From a candidate division FCPU426 bacterium (GTDB lineage: Bacteria > Oederibacteriota > Muellerivitia > Muellerivitales > Muellerivitaceae), in the NCBI GenBank assembly GCA_963796105.1, contig CAWCKJ010000007.1:134662-198661 (forward strand): DNA of 64,000 nt, in the 5' to 3' direction. Both the position numbers and the translations under genes were made by a program. Of the stretch, positions 1 to 11,718 are shown piece by piece (position 1 is the stretch's first letter; the number at the start of each line of letters is the position of its first letter). Under the pieces are notes generated by a model that saw nothing but the letters and a program-made list of their open reading frames with translations, had not been told where the DNA came from and did not search any database.

Positions 1-465
1 CTCGGCAAAGGTGTCATGCCACCAAAAACGGCCGTACTTGAAAAGCACCCAGTGGAATAACGCCCCGGTGCGCCAGCCGTACCAATTACCGGAACCATCC
101 TGGTAATGGCAATAGTCCCAAGCCTGGAATTTATGCCAGTTATATTCCCCGGATTTTTTCTCGGTCTTGTTGAATCCCTCGATTTGCCCGAAAAAAGCCG
201 GGTCCACCAGGTTAGCCAGGGCCGGGCCCCAATAGGCCTTTTCATCGTTGTATTTTTTCCAGGCTGTCCCGTCCGGGCTTTTCTTGGGGGGTTTGGGAAA
301 GTGATGCCCCTCGGAATCACCGATCCTCTCCTGGGTTTGAAGGACAAGGGGTTTGGGAAGAGCGTTTGAGTCCGCCGGGGTCGGCGTTATACCCTGGCCC
401 AGGGCCGCCGGTAGGTTGATCCCCAAGCAAAGCAAGGCAAATACCCCGCCGCAATATTTCCTCAC
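1..465 (-). CDS. Secreted Trp/Tyr-rich hypothetical protein, partial (runs off the window start)
   Basis: Not in the ORF track. Manual translation from GTG 465 (RBS GAGGGG): MRKYCGGVFALLCLGINLPAALGQ...YNWHKFQAWDYCHYQDGSGNWYGWRTGALFHWVLFKYGRFWWHD, open to base 1, signal-peptide-like N-terminus. Confidence 0.75.
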   Translation of the reverse strand, partial: MRKYCGGVFALLCLGINLPAALGQGITPTPADSNALPKPLVLQTQERIGDSEGHHFPKPPKKSPDGTAWKKYNDEKAYWGPALANLVDPAFFGQIEGFNKTEKKSGEYNWHKFQAWDYCHYQDGSGNWYGWRTGALFHWVLFKYGRFWWHDTFAE

Positions 466-497
466 GAATTTCCCCCTCGAAAAAGATCCAAATCCAA

Positions 498-3096
<2,599 letters not shown>

Positions 3097-3580
3097 ATAA
3101 AACCTCAATCATTTTATTTATTCATGGGCTAGGAAGCGGATTCGAACGCCATTATTGCTGATCAATAGGATCATTTTATAACGGTTAAACCTACATCAAG
3201 GTAAGGTTCAAAATAGTTTCTTTCAATAAACGAATTTGAATTTTAAAGCGTCCATTGAGTTTAAATAAGCCGCATGATTTAGCGGACCTTTATAATGAAC
3301 CACCCGACTAAAAAATATCCATCAAGAGAAAAATAAACCACGGTGGTATTTGGACTCGGTATTTCTCTTACCGGCAGGTTGGATGAAAACCACATAGCAA
3401 AAATGAAAAAAACCTTTATTTTTTTAATTAAACCGGTTTTAAAAACCACCTTTTTTCAGTAGTTTATGCCTGTGTTGGTTTTTAGCCATGATGTCAAAAA
3501 TCACATTTCATTATTTTCATTATGTTATAATCTGCCTTCCTAAAAACGGTTTAAATTTCCCTTGAAGGGGGTTCTTTTCA

Positions 3581-5374
3581 ATGTCAACCGCCACCCAAGT
3601 CATTAGTGGAATCCAATTTGAGAAAGTCATGGAAGGGGTGGACGCTGAGACCAGAACCATCGTTGAGAACTGCCTTTTATTTTTCGCGGACGACACGGAC
3701 ACCTCCACGACAGCGGAAAAAGCCCGCTCGGATAAATTGAGGGCCGCCTATAACACCCTCGTGGATTTTCTTGTTTCCAACCGCCTCAATGAGCTGAATC
3801 CCCAGCAAACAGCCTTCCTTTGCACGGGAGCCCTGGCCGACAACATCGCGGTTCAATCCGGCACCCCCCGGGCGGTTGAAATGTTTCCCTCCGAGCTTTA
3901 CAAGCACTTGGTGGATATCTTTTCCAAGCCCGCTTCTCCCGACGCCCCTTTCTGCGTTTTTTCCGCCATGGACAAATATACCGCCATCGCCAAGGGCGAG
4001 CTTTTAGCCTTGACCCTCGGCGACGACCGCAAAAAGGACCTCCGCAATTCGCCCCAGGACCAGAAGCGCATGAAGGACGAGTGGAAGCGCCGGATGGACC
4101 AGTTGAAAAGCGAAATTTCCATGTCCATCTCCCAGATCGACATCTATTACCCAAAGATGCTTAACTGCCTGAACGATAACTCATTGAAGAACGCCAAGGT
4201 CGGTTTGGAAATGATGAAGAAGGTCTCGGCCGCCTGGGCCAGGGGCGAGGCCGCCACGCCCCAGGAAAAAGCCCTGATCAAGGCTTTCGAGGTGAAAATC
4301 GGGGATACCGCCGCCGCCATGAGCCGCTGGATGGAGGAGATTTACGGTTACGTCGGAAAAATCCTGGATAACAGCAAGTTGATCGACGAGAAACACCAGG
4401 GCGTGGTCAAATCCATCAATGAGATCGCCAAGATTGACAACGCTTCCCCGGTCATCGCGGACACAGGGGGGCTCCTGTTCAATTCGGACGCCATCTCGAG
4501 CATCCGCACCGACATCGACACCACCAACAGCGTGAGTGTCAGGGTGGCGGACGCCTCCCCCATGAAGGTCTCTTACAGCGCCTCCCGTATCCTGGTGAGC
4601 AAGCAGTTCAACGAGGGGGAAGACTTCAGGGACCGCCTTTGCACGAGGGAAAATATACTGGCGGGCCTGGAAAAGGTCGTCAAAATCCACACCAACCTAT
4701 TCCCCAAGGATTTCGAGGGCCGCTTCATCGTTCCCCATATCTTGATTGAGCCGTTGCGCAATTTCGCGGACTTCTTCCAGGACAGGTTCATCATGTCCTT
4801 CGTCTCGGGGGAAACAGCCCGGAAAGGCGCCATCTTGACCTTCACCCCGGTGGATGTCCAGGTATTGCGGTTGTGCGCCCTTTTCCTGACCAAGGACCCC
4901 ATTTATGACTACCGGGGGGATGTAAAGGTGGGGACCTTCATGGGGGATTATGTCGGTAAAATCGACAAGCAGACAAAGGTCAAATGGACGGGCCAAGAGA
5001 AGAAATTCACCCTGGCCGTCACCCAGAGCATGCAGGACACCGCCAGCCGCGAGGACGCGGTCACTGACTATATCGACTTCATCGTCGCCATGGCCAACGG
5101 CAGTCCCACCAACCCCAAGGTCAGCAAGCGGAAGATCAATATTCTTTTAAAGTACGTCCTCATGGACAAGCTGGAGAAGAACATCGCCGGCATCCTGAGG
5201 CTGGTGGCCCAAACGGACCCAGCCGAGGCCAAGGATTCCATCATGTTCTTCGCCAAGGACAACAGTGACACGGCCAAGGACATGATCAGGGCCGCGGTCA
5301 AGTCCGACCCGCAAACTTCCAAGTTATTCAGCGATAACACCGATTTCGCCATCATGAGGGTCTTCGGCCGCTGA
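3581..5374 (+). CDS. Hypothetical cytoplasmic protein, 597 aa
   Basis: Long ORF with genome-typical codon usage; extended -10 (TGtTATAAT, ~3523-3531) upstream; no motif recognised. Confidence 0.85.
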   Translation: MSTATQVISGIQFEKVMEGVDAETRTIVENCLLFFADDTDTSTTAEKARSDKLRAAYNTLVDFLVSNRLNELNPQQTAFLCTGALADNIAVQSGTPRAVEMFPSELYKHLVDIFSKPASPDAPFCVFSAMDKYTAIAKGELLALTLGDDRKKDLRNSPQDQKRMKDEWKRRMDQLKSEISMSISQIDIYYPKMLNCLNDNSLKNAKVGLEMMKKVSAAWARGEAATPQEKALIKAFEVKIGDTAAAMSRWMEEIYGYVGKILDNSKLIDEKHQGVVKSINEIAKIDNASPVIADTGGLLFNSDAISSIRTDIDTTNSVSVRVADASPMKVSYSASRILVSKQFNEGEDFRDRLCTRENILAGLEKVVKIHTNLFPKDFEGRFIVPHILIEPLRNFADFFQDRFIMSFVSGETARKGAILTFTPVDVQVLRLCALFLTKDPIYDYRGDVKVGTFMGDYVGKIDKQTKVKWTGQEKKFTLAVTQSMQDTASREDAVTDYIDFIVAMANGSPTNPKVSKRKINILLKYVLMDKLEKNIAGILRLVAQTDPAEAKDSIMFFAKDNSDTAKDMIRAAVKSDPQTSKLFSDNTDFAIMRVFGR

Positions 5375-5477
5375 GTCTTCCGGGAAACCCGTTCAAGCGG
5401 CTCCCTATCTGCGTTTTTCCTTTTCCGGGAGATTCCGCTAGAATGTCCCGCGTCCATAGAAAGGTGGGTTTCCTCCC

Positions 5478-6026
5478 ATGAAAAAACTCGTAGCCTTGTC
5501 CGCGATCGGAAAAGACCAGCCCGGCATCGTAGCAGCCCTGTCGAGAGTCCTTTTTGAGGCCGGCTGCAACCTGGAAGATTCCAGCATGACGAGGCTCCAA
5601 GGCGATTTCGCCGTGCTGCTCTTGATTTCCCTGCCTGAAAAACTGTCTTTGGACAAACTCAGGCAATCCCTCCAGGAAAAGACAGGCTCTTTCCATTTGA
5701 CCCTGGCCCTGAGGGAGCTCTCCGCGGAGGAAACCAACGGCGCGCCCGGTCCCGCGTCCCTTCCCTTCACTCTGGTCGTTTACGGGGTCGACCATCCCGG
5801 CATCGTTTATAGGGTCACCCAGGCGGCCTCCGAGGAAAAAATCAACATCACCGATTTGAGGACCAAGGTCACCTCCAACCAGGGAACGCCGATTTATTCC
5901 CTGGTCGTCGAGGTCGAGATTTCCGATGAGAAGACCGTCAAGCTCTTCGAGAAAAAGCTTGAAGCCCTGAAAGGGGAACTCAAGATCGATATCCTCCTCA
6001 AGCCCGTGGAAGCGGACGAACTTTAG
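5478..6026 (+). CDS. Tandem ACT-domain protein (GcvR-like)
   Basis: Two ACT motifs: GKDQPGIV...NLEDSSM and GVDHPGIV...NITDL. Confidence 0.85.
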   Translation: MKKLVALSAIGKDQPGIVAALSRVLFEAGCNLEDSSMTRLQGDFAVLLLISLPEKLSLDKLRQSLQEKTGSFHLTLALRELSAEETNGAPGPASLPFTLVVYGVDHPGIVYRVTQAASEEKINITDLRTKVTSNQGTPIYSLVVEVEISDEKTVKLFEKKLEALKGELKIDILLKPVEADEL

Positions 6027-6028
6027 AC

Positions 6029-6562
6029 ATGGCGGTATTACCGATCCTGACCTACCCCCACCCCATGCTGAAGAAAAAATCGGGGGAATTGGGAATCCAA
6101 AACCCGGAATGGGACGGGATTTTGCGAGACCTCCATGAGACCATGTTGAGCCACCAGGGCTGTGTCGGCTTGGCCGCCCCCCAAATAGGGCATCTGTTCC
6201 GTTGTTTGGTGGTGGATGTTTCCCGTTCCCCCCGACCCGGCGAGAATCACGGTCTTTTAAGGCTGGTCAACCCCCGAATTCTCGAGGCCAGCCAGTGGAA
6301 AATCAGCCGGGAAGGCTGCTTGAGTTTTCCCGATCTTTTGGCTAACGTTAAAAGGGCCCAAAAAATCCAGATCGACGGTTTCAATGAGAAAAAGGAAAGA
6401 ATACAGTTGAGTTGTTTTGGTTTCGAGGCGGTAGCCATCCAGCACGAAGTCGATCATTTGGATGGGATTCTCTTTTTGGACCGGATCCGGTCCTCGAAGG
6501 ATCTTTTCGAGAGAAGGATAACGGCCCCAATAGCGGAGTCCGGTCATTCCCCGCTTTCCTGA
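6029..6562 (+). CDS. def: Peptide deformylase
   Basis: Motifs GLAAPQIG, EGCLS, QHEVDHLDG. Confidence 0.95.
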   Translation: MAVLPILTYPHPMLKKKSGELGIQNPEWDGILRDLHETMLSHQGCVGLAAPQIGHLFRCLVVDVSRSPRPGENHGLLRLVNPRILEASQWKISREGCLSFPDLLANVKRAQKIQIDGFNEKKERIQLSCFGFEAVAIQHEVDHLDGILFLDRIRSSKDLFERRITAPIAESGHSPLS

Positions 6563-6583
6563 GGTTTAATTGAAAGGAACCGC

Positions 6584-7129
6584 ATGAACTCCCCAAGCGC
6601 GACAAACCTGGTCTGGATGGATTTGGAGATGACGGGTTTGGACCCTAAAATTTGCACGATCCTGGAGATCGCGACCCTCATCACGGATAAGGATTTGAGC
6701 GTGGTCGCGCAAGGCCCTGTCCTGGCGATCCGTCATACCCAGGAAGATCTGGAAAAAATGGATGAATGGAACCAAAAACACCATTCCCAATCCGGGCTCC
6801 TGGAAAAAGCCAGGAATTCCTCGATTTCCGCCCAGGAAGCGGAGCGCTTGACGCTGGATTTCATATCCCAGCACTGCAAACCCAACAGCAGTCCCTTATG
6901 CGGCAATACGATCTACCAGGATCGAAGGTTTTTGATCGAATACATGCCGAAACTGGAGGGTTTTCTTCATTACCGTTTAGTGGATGTGAGTACGATCAAG
7001 GAGCTCGTCAAACGCTGGTACGGCCCGGAATACCAGGCCCCTGCTAAAAAACAGAAACACATGGCAATGGAAGACATCCTGGAAACCATCGAGGAGTTGA
7101 AGTTTTACCGAAAGACAGTCTTCAAATGA
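6584..7129 (+). CDS. orn: Oligoribonuclease
   Basis: LVWMDLEMTGLDP, PLCGNTIYQDRRFL, HYRLVDVSTIKEL (DEDDh family). Confidence 0.95.
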   Translation: MNSPSATNLVWMDLEMTGLDPKICTILEIATLITDKDLSVVAQGPVLAIRHTQEDLEKMDEWNQKHHSQSGLLEKARNSSISAQEAERLTLDFISQHCKPNSSPLCGNTIYQDRRFLIEYMPKLEGFLHYRLVDVSTIKELVKRWYGPEYQAPAKKQKHMAMEDILETIEELKFYRKTVFK

Positions 7130-7382
7130 TGGATCTCAACGTTTGATTGACAGAACACAATTTATTCGACGCTTTTTCCGATTTCCCGCCAAGGTCTAAT
7201 GCTTTCTATTGAAAATTCGGAAAAAGTTTCAATATTGTTGCATTAAGAGCCATTACGGCAAATAACGCGCCTTTTCTCAAACCGCGCCTTCAGGAAAACA
7301 TTTTCCAAAATAGTTGTATTTCTGTCTTTTCAGCCATGCTCCTTTGAACAATAATACAACGAACTCCTTCCCAACACCCCAA

Positions 7383-7407
7383 TTCCCTGTATTGAAATTA
7401 CAGGGAA
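7383..7407. promoter_or_regulatory. 9-bp inverted repeat upstream of the GGDEF gene (operator or hairpin)
   Basis: TTCCCTGTA-N7-TACAGGGAA. Confidence 0.4.
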
Positions 7408-7445
7408 ACATATAAAAAATCTCAGCATCTTAAAAGAGAAAAATA

Positions 7446-8504
7446 GTGTCCCCTAATTCGAAGGAAGTCTTATCGCCCGAGATGCTTATCCTCAGCCAAG
7501 GCTTGATGTCATTGTATCACGCGAGCGCTGATCTGCAGTTTTCCAAACCCCTTCCAGCCCTTCTCAAATCCATCCTTCGCGGGTTAAAAAGCGGAACGAA
7601 AATCACGAAGGCCGCCATTTTCATCAAGGGGGATCTGGATAACCAATTGAACGGCATGGTGGGCGTGGGATTGAATGATAAAAAAGTCTCCGAAATGATC
7701 CTCTCGCTTACCACCGCCGAGGAAGAAGAACTTCTGCGGATTAACTCAACACCCAAAACCGATTCTGCCCCCGTGTCTTTGAGCCGATTGTCCCAGCTGC
7801 TGGAAACCCAGCTGGATTTGAAAAAATGCGAAATTCTTCCATTGGAAATAAGGGACCGTTTGGTTGGAATTTTGGCATATGAAAAAACCTTGGATATCCT
7901 CTATCGGGAAATTCTATTCATATTTTCCCGCCAAGCGGCCTTGACCATTGATAACGCCAAACTTTTCGCGAAGGTGGAAGAGATGGCTTTGAGAGATACC
8001 CTCACGGGCCTCTATAACCGCCGATATTTTTTACAGATTCTTGAATACGAATTAAATAGGTCCAAGCGCTACCGCCAACCCCTCTCCCTGATCTTTCTGG
8101 ACATAGACCATTTCAAGAGTATCAATGACACCTACGGGCATTCCATGGGAGACCAGTTCCTGAAACAAATTTCCCAGAAATTGTCCTCGTTATTCAGGAC
8201 CACAGACTTGGTCGCCCGTTACGCCGGCGATGAATTCGTGGTCATCCTCCCGAGCACACCCAAGGAAGGCGCCATGATTTTGGCCCAGAGGATACAACAA
8301 ATCTTGGGAAATTACCAAATGATGGTCCGGGGAAGGACCCTTCAAACATCCGTGAGTATCGGCGTGGATACCTATGAGGGCGCGGAGGGAATCCGGAGCA
8401 TGGGTTTCATCGACAGGGCTGACAAGGCTATGTATGAAGCCAAGGCAAACGGCCGTAATTGCGTCAAGTTTTACCAGGAAAGTCAAAAGGCCCTAGCGGT
8501 TTAG
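7446..8504 (+). CDS. GAF-like + GGDEF diguanylate cyclase
   Basis: DTLTGLYNRR, DIDHFKSINDTYGH, RTTD I-site, RYAGDEF active-site variant. Confidence 0.9.
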   Translation: MSPNSKEVLSPEMLILSQGLMSLYHASADLQFSKPLPALLKSILRGLKSGTKITKAAIFIKGDLDNQLNGMVGVGLNDKKVSEMILSLTTAEEEELLRINSTPKTDSAPVSLSRLSQLLETQLDLKKCEILPLEIRDRLVGILAYEKTLDILYREILFIFSRQAALTIDNAKLFAKVEEMALRDTLTGLYNRRYFLQILEYELNRSKRYRQPLSLIFLDIDHFKSINDTYGHSMGDQFLKQISQKLSSLFRTTDLVARYAGDEFVVILPSTPKEGAMILAQRIQQILGNYQMMVRGRTLQTSVSIGVDTYEGAEGIRSMGFIDRADKAMYEAKANGRNCVKFYQESQKALAV

Positions 8505-8693
8505 GTTTTTCCCCTTATCTTTTCACCATCCCAAGAGTTCACTACCCTTAAATTCCCTTAATCATCGCTATTGCCTCATTTGGGTTCAAACCAATGCAAA
8601 TGAAAACAAGGGATGGATTTAAAGAAGAATATCGCGGTAAAGACGGTTTGAATGAAGGATGGGGGCCGATCGTGATGTTACAGGGCTTAAAGA

Positions 8694-10214
8694 TTAACCA
8701 ACTGCGAAAAGTTTTTTCTGAGTGCCTGTGGAAGAGGGCAAATCCTCCAGCACTTTGATGGTTTGTAATTGCCCGTCCGATTGCCCGTTGATCCGGGCCC
8801 CGGAATCCAGCAAATTCATGAGATAACTGTAAATCTCCTGGGTAATAACTTCGCCGGGGCAAAGAACTGGAACACCCGGGGGATAGGGACAAACAATCTC
8901 GGCGCAAATTTTTCCGACGGATCTTTTAAAGGGGATTTTCCGGGTCAATTTAGTCAGGGCTTCGCGCGGATTAACCTCCTTTTTAGGCACGAAATGCGGA
9001 AAGACAACCCGTTTCCTTTTCTTTTGATTCATGAACATATCCTTATAGTCCACCACGATTTTCCGAAGGGCCGCGATGAACCTTTTCAGGTCTTTGGGCA
9101 CGTTTCCAATCGAGACAAAAAGCAAAACACTTTGGAAATCGGACAATTCCGTTTGAATCCCGTATTCCGAATTTAAAATCTTGGCCATATCGTAACCAAC
9201 GCAGGGCAAACCCTTGGTGGAAATGGTTAATTTCGTCACATCCAGGTCCAATCCAGGTATTTTCCGGACTTGATCCCTCGTCAGGCAGCTCAATCCCGTG
9301 ATCTGGTTGATGGCCGATCGGGTCTTCTCGCAGAGTTGAATGATCTCGTTCAGGAGTTTTTCCCCCTCATGGACCATTTGGTGCCGTGACACATCCAGGG
9401 AACCTAAAATCACGTAGGAAGGACTCGTGGTTTGAAGCATTTGAAGTGTTGTTTTCAAGCGCAGGATGTCCACCCTGACTCCCTTGACGTGAAGCATGGA
9501 TCCCTGGCTTAAGGCTGAAAGATGCTTGTGGGTCGATTGAACGCACATATCGGCGCCCGAATCCATCGCTGATTTCGGGAAAGTGGGATGGAAATGGAAA
9601 TGACCGCCATGAGCCTCGTCCACCAGGAGGATCTTGTCGTGCTGGTGGACTACCTCCGCGATAGCCTCCAAATCAGCCGTTAAACCGAAATAGGTCGGGC
9701 TGGTGACCAAAACGGCTTTCGCGTCGGGGTGCTGGCGGCAGGCCTCGTCCACCTGCTCGGCGGTCAGGTTCAGGATCAAGTCGGAGGTCTCGTCGATTTT
9801 CGGCATGATGTAAATGGGCTCGGCGTCCGCGAGAATCACGGCGGAAATGACGGATTTATGCGCGTTTCGGGGAATGATGATTTTGTCCCCCGGGTCGCAT
9901 GTGGAAAGGATCATCGCCTGATTGCCGCCCGTCGTGCCGTTGACAAGGAAGAATGAATAATCCGCCCCGTTGGCCTTCGCGGCGAGGATTTGGGCTTCTT
10001 TGATGACCGAATTGGGCTCGTGGAGGGAATCCACCTCGCTCATGACCGACAAGTCGAGCTTGAAAACATTTTCACCCACATAGGACCTGAAGGCTTTCGG
10101 AATGCCCTTGCCGTGCTTGTGGCCGGGCGTGTGGAAGGAAACCTTATTGTCATTGGCGTAGCGAATGATCGCGTCAAAAAGCGGAGTTTTGTCCTGCCCG
10201 TCGTATTTTGACAT
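8694..10214 (-). CDS. PLP-dependent Orn/Lys/Arg decarboxylase (Bacillus SpeA-like)
   Basis: FHTPGHK, LVNGTTGGN, VDEAHG, QSTHK (PLP lysine), TTSPSY, PYPPGVP; directly after speE. Confidence 0.9.
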   Translation of the reverse strand: MSKYDGQDKTPLFDAIIRYANDNKVSFHTPGHKHGKGIPKAFRSYVGENVFKLDLSVMSEVDSLHEPNSVIKEAQILAAKANGADYSFFLVNGTTGGNQAMILSTCDPGDKIIIPRNAHKSVISAVILADAEPIYIMPKIDETSDLILNLTAEQVDEACRQHPDAKAVLVTSPTYFGLTADLEAIAEVVHQHDKILLVDEAHGGHFHFHPTFPKSAMDSGADMCVQSTHKHLSALSQGSMLHVKGVRVDILRLKTTLQMLQTTSPSYVILGSLDVSRHQMVHEGEKLLNEIIQLCEKTRSAINQITGLSCLTRDQVRKIPGLDLDVTKLTISTKGLPCVGYDMAKILNSEYGIQTELSDFQSVLLFVSIGNVPKDLKRFIAALRKIVVDYKDMFMNQKKRKRVVFPHFVPKKEVNPREALTKLTRKIPFKRSVGKICAEIVCPYPPGVPVLCPGEVITQEIYSYLMNLLDSGARINGQSDGQLQTIKVLEDLPSSTGTQKKLFAVG

Positions 10215-11159
10215 TTAGGAGAAATCCTTCTCCTCTCCGATCAAACGGTACGTCAAGGGTTTATCATCCTTGATGATTTGTTTTATTCTCACGAATCCAT
10301 CCCGAATGTATTTTGGGACAAAAAAGATGCCCTCATGGGTCTCGCCGTCGTAATACTTCAATTTTCCAACATTCCGTTCCTTCAAAATCCGGTCCGCTTG
10401 CTCCCTTTTGATGTTTTTGGGATCAATGGATTTTGAGGCCATGGTAAAGCTCCAGGGTATATCAAAGGACGGGACGTTCGCCGCCCAGGAATAGACCAAT
10501 GGAAATACCCGCTTAAGGGTGTGATGGATGGCGGCCAGGCAGGTCAACTCCTTCTCAGCCGAGCAGCCGGATTGAAGGGCGACCATACCGTCTGGATTCA
10601 GTTTCTTCGAGACGATTTTGTAAAATTCCTCCGTATAAAGCAGGTAAGCCGGCCCCTCCTCAACGGGTTCAGGGATGTCCACAATGATGACATCGAATTT
10701 CTCATCGGTTTTCTCAAGGAACTTCCTTCCATCCTCGAATAGCAAAACCGTTCTTTTATCCTGAAAAGCCCCCCGGTGCCATTCCTCCATGTGTTCCATG
10801 CACAATTCCACGACCCTTTGATCGATATCAATCATCCAGGCTTTTTCCACCGTTTTATGCCGGAGAACCTCATATAGGGTCGCTCCCTCCCCGCCCCCGA
10901 TGATTAATACTTTTTTCGGGTTGGGGGAGGATACCATGGCTGGGTGAACAAGATTCTCATGGTAAATAAACTCATCCTGCTGCGCGGATTGCATATGGCC
11001 GTCCAAAATAAGGCATTTGCCATAATGGCTGGACTGGATCACCTCCACTTGCTGGTAGGGGGTTTTCTCGGATGCGTAAATTTTGGTAATACCCCTCATA
11101 TGAGCCTCATCCGGCGCGAAAAACTCGATATGCCAATGGGGACTGATCATGTTTGCCAT
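10215..11159 (-). CDS. speE: Polyamine aminopropyltransferase (spermidine synthase)
   Basis: YHENLVHP, VLIIGGGEGATL, FDVIIVD motifs. Confidence 0.93.
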   Translation of the reverse strand: MANMISPHWHIEFFAPDEAHMRGITKIYASEKTPYQQVEVIQSSHYGKCLILDGHMQSAQQDEFIYHENLVHPAMVSSPNPKKVLIIGGGEGATLYEVLRHKTVEKAWMIDIDQRVVELCMEHMEEWHRGAFQDKRTVLLFEDGRKFLEKTDEKFDVIIVDIPEPVEEGPAYLLYTEEFYKIVSKKLNPDGMVALQSGCSAEKELTCLAAIHHTLKRVFPLVYSWAANVPSFDIPWSFTMASKSIDPKNIKREQADRILKERNVGKLKYYDGETHEGIFFVPKYIRDGFVRIKQIIKDDKPLTYRLIGEEKDFS

Positions 11160-11393
11160 TTAAAAAACTCCGTTTTTTTCAATTTTATTAAAAGATAAAT
11201 CTCGTTTCTCCGATGATAACCCATTAAAAATAATTTGAAACCCCTGAAAAACTATTAAAAAACGGCCAACAAAGGTTTCGACCCCAAAGATTTCCGCAGT
11301 AAATGGCGGGGTTTCCATAAATTTCTTCTGAAAAAGGAGGCGAAAACCGACTTTTTCAGAGGTTACAATTGTATATCGGGACAAGAAAACATT

Positions 11394-11425
11394 AAAAAGG
11401 CGACAGTCCCTACCGGGATGCCGCC
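11394..11425 (-). terminator. Intrinsic terminator-like hairpin in the speE 5' leader
   Basis: Minus strand GGCGGCATCCC-GGTA-GGGACTGTCGCC followed by TTTTT. Confidence 0.55.
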
Positions 11426-11593
11426 GCGGGAACAATAGGTTTGTGGGAATGAAGCCCATTTGGAGTTGGGGTAAACCGCGTCTCAATCATCATAAACCTT
11501 TTAGCGCTATTAAAAAACTCGGTAGGAAAACTTAATCCAATATTCTCCAATATTTTTTCTTTCCAAATTTATTTTTGTTATGAATTTTTCTTA

Positions 11594-11621
11594 AGTATAA
11601 AACGATACGATATACTGTCAA
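11594..11621 (-). promoter_or_regulatory. Sigma70-type promoter facing speE
   Basis: TTGACA-16 nt-TATACT on the minus strand. Confidence 0.6.
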
Positions 11622-11718
11622 GAAAAAACGGATTCGGGCTCGCTTTAAATAATTTTTAAAAATTTTTTTCTAACATCCAAACGTTTAAAATAAATTTGAT
11701 TTTAAAAAAGGAAAATTT

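Noticed and set aside
3097..3580. CIRCE or CtsR operator upstream of clpB
   Set aside because: No TTAGCACTC-N9-GAGTGCTAA or CtsR heptad repeats seen
11160..11486. 108-aa ORF abutting speE as a speD-like gene
   Set aside because: No ESH pyruvoyl motif, TTG start without RBS, AT-rich, and crossed by a terminator-like hairpin
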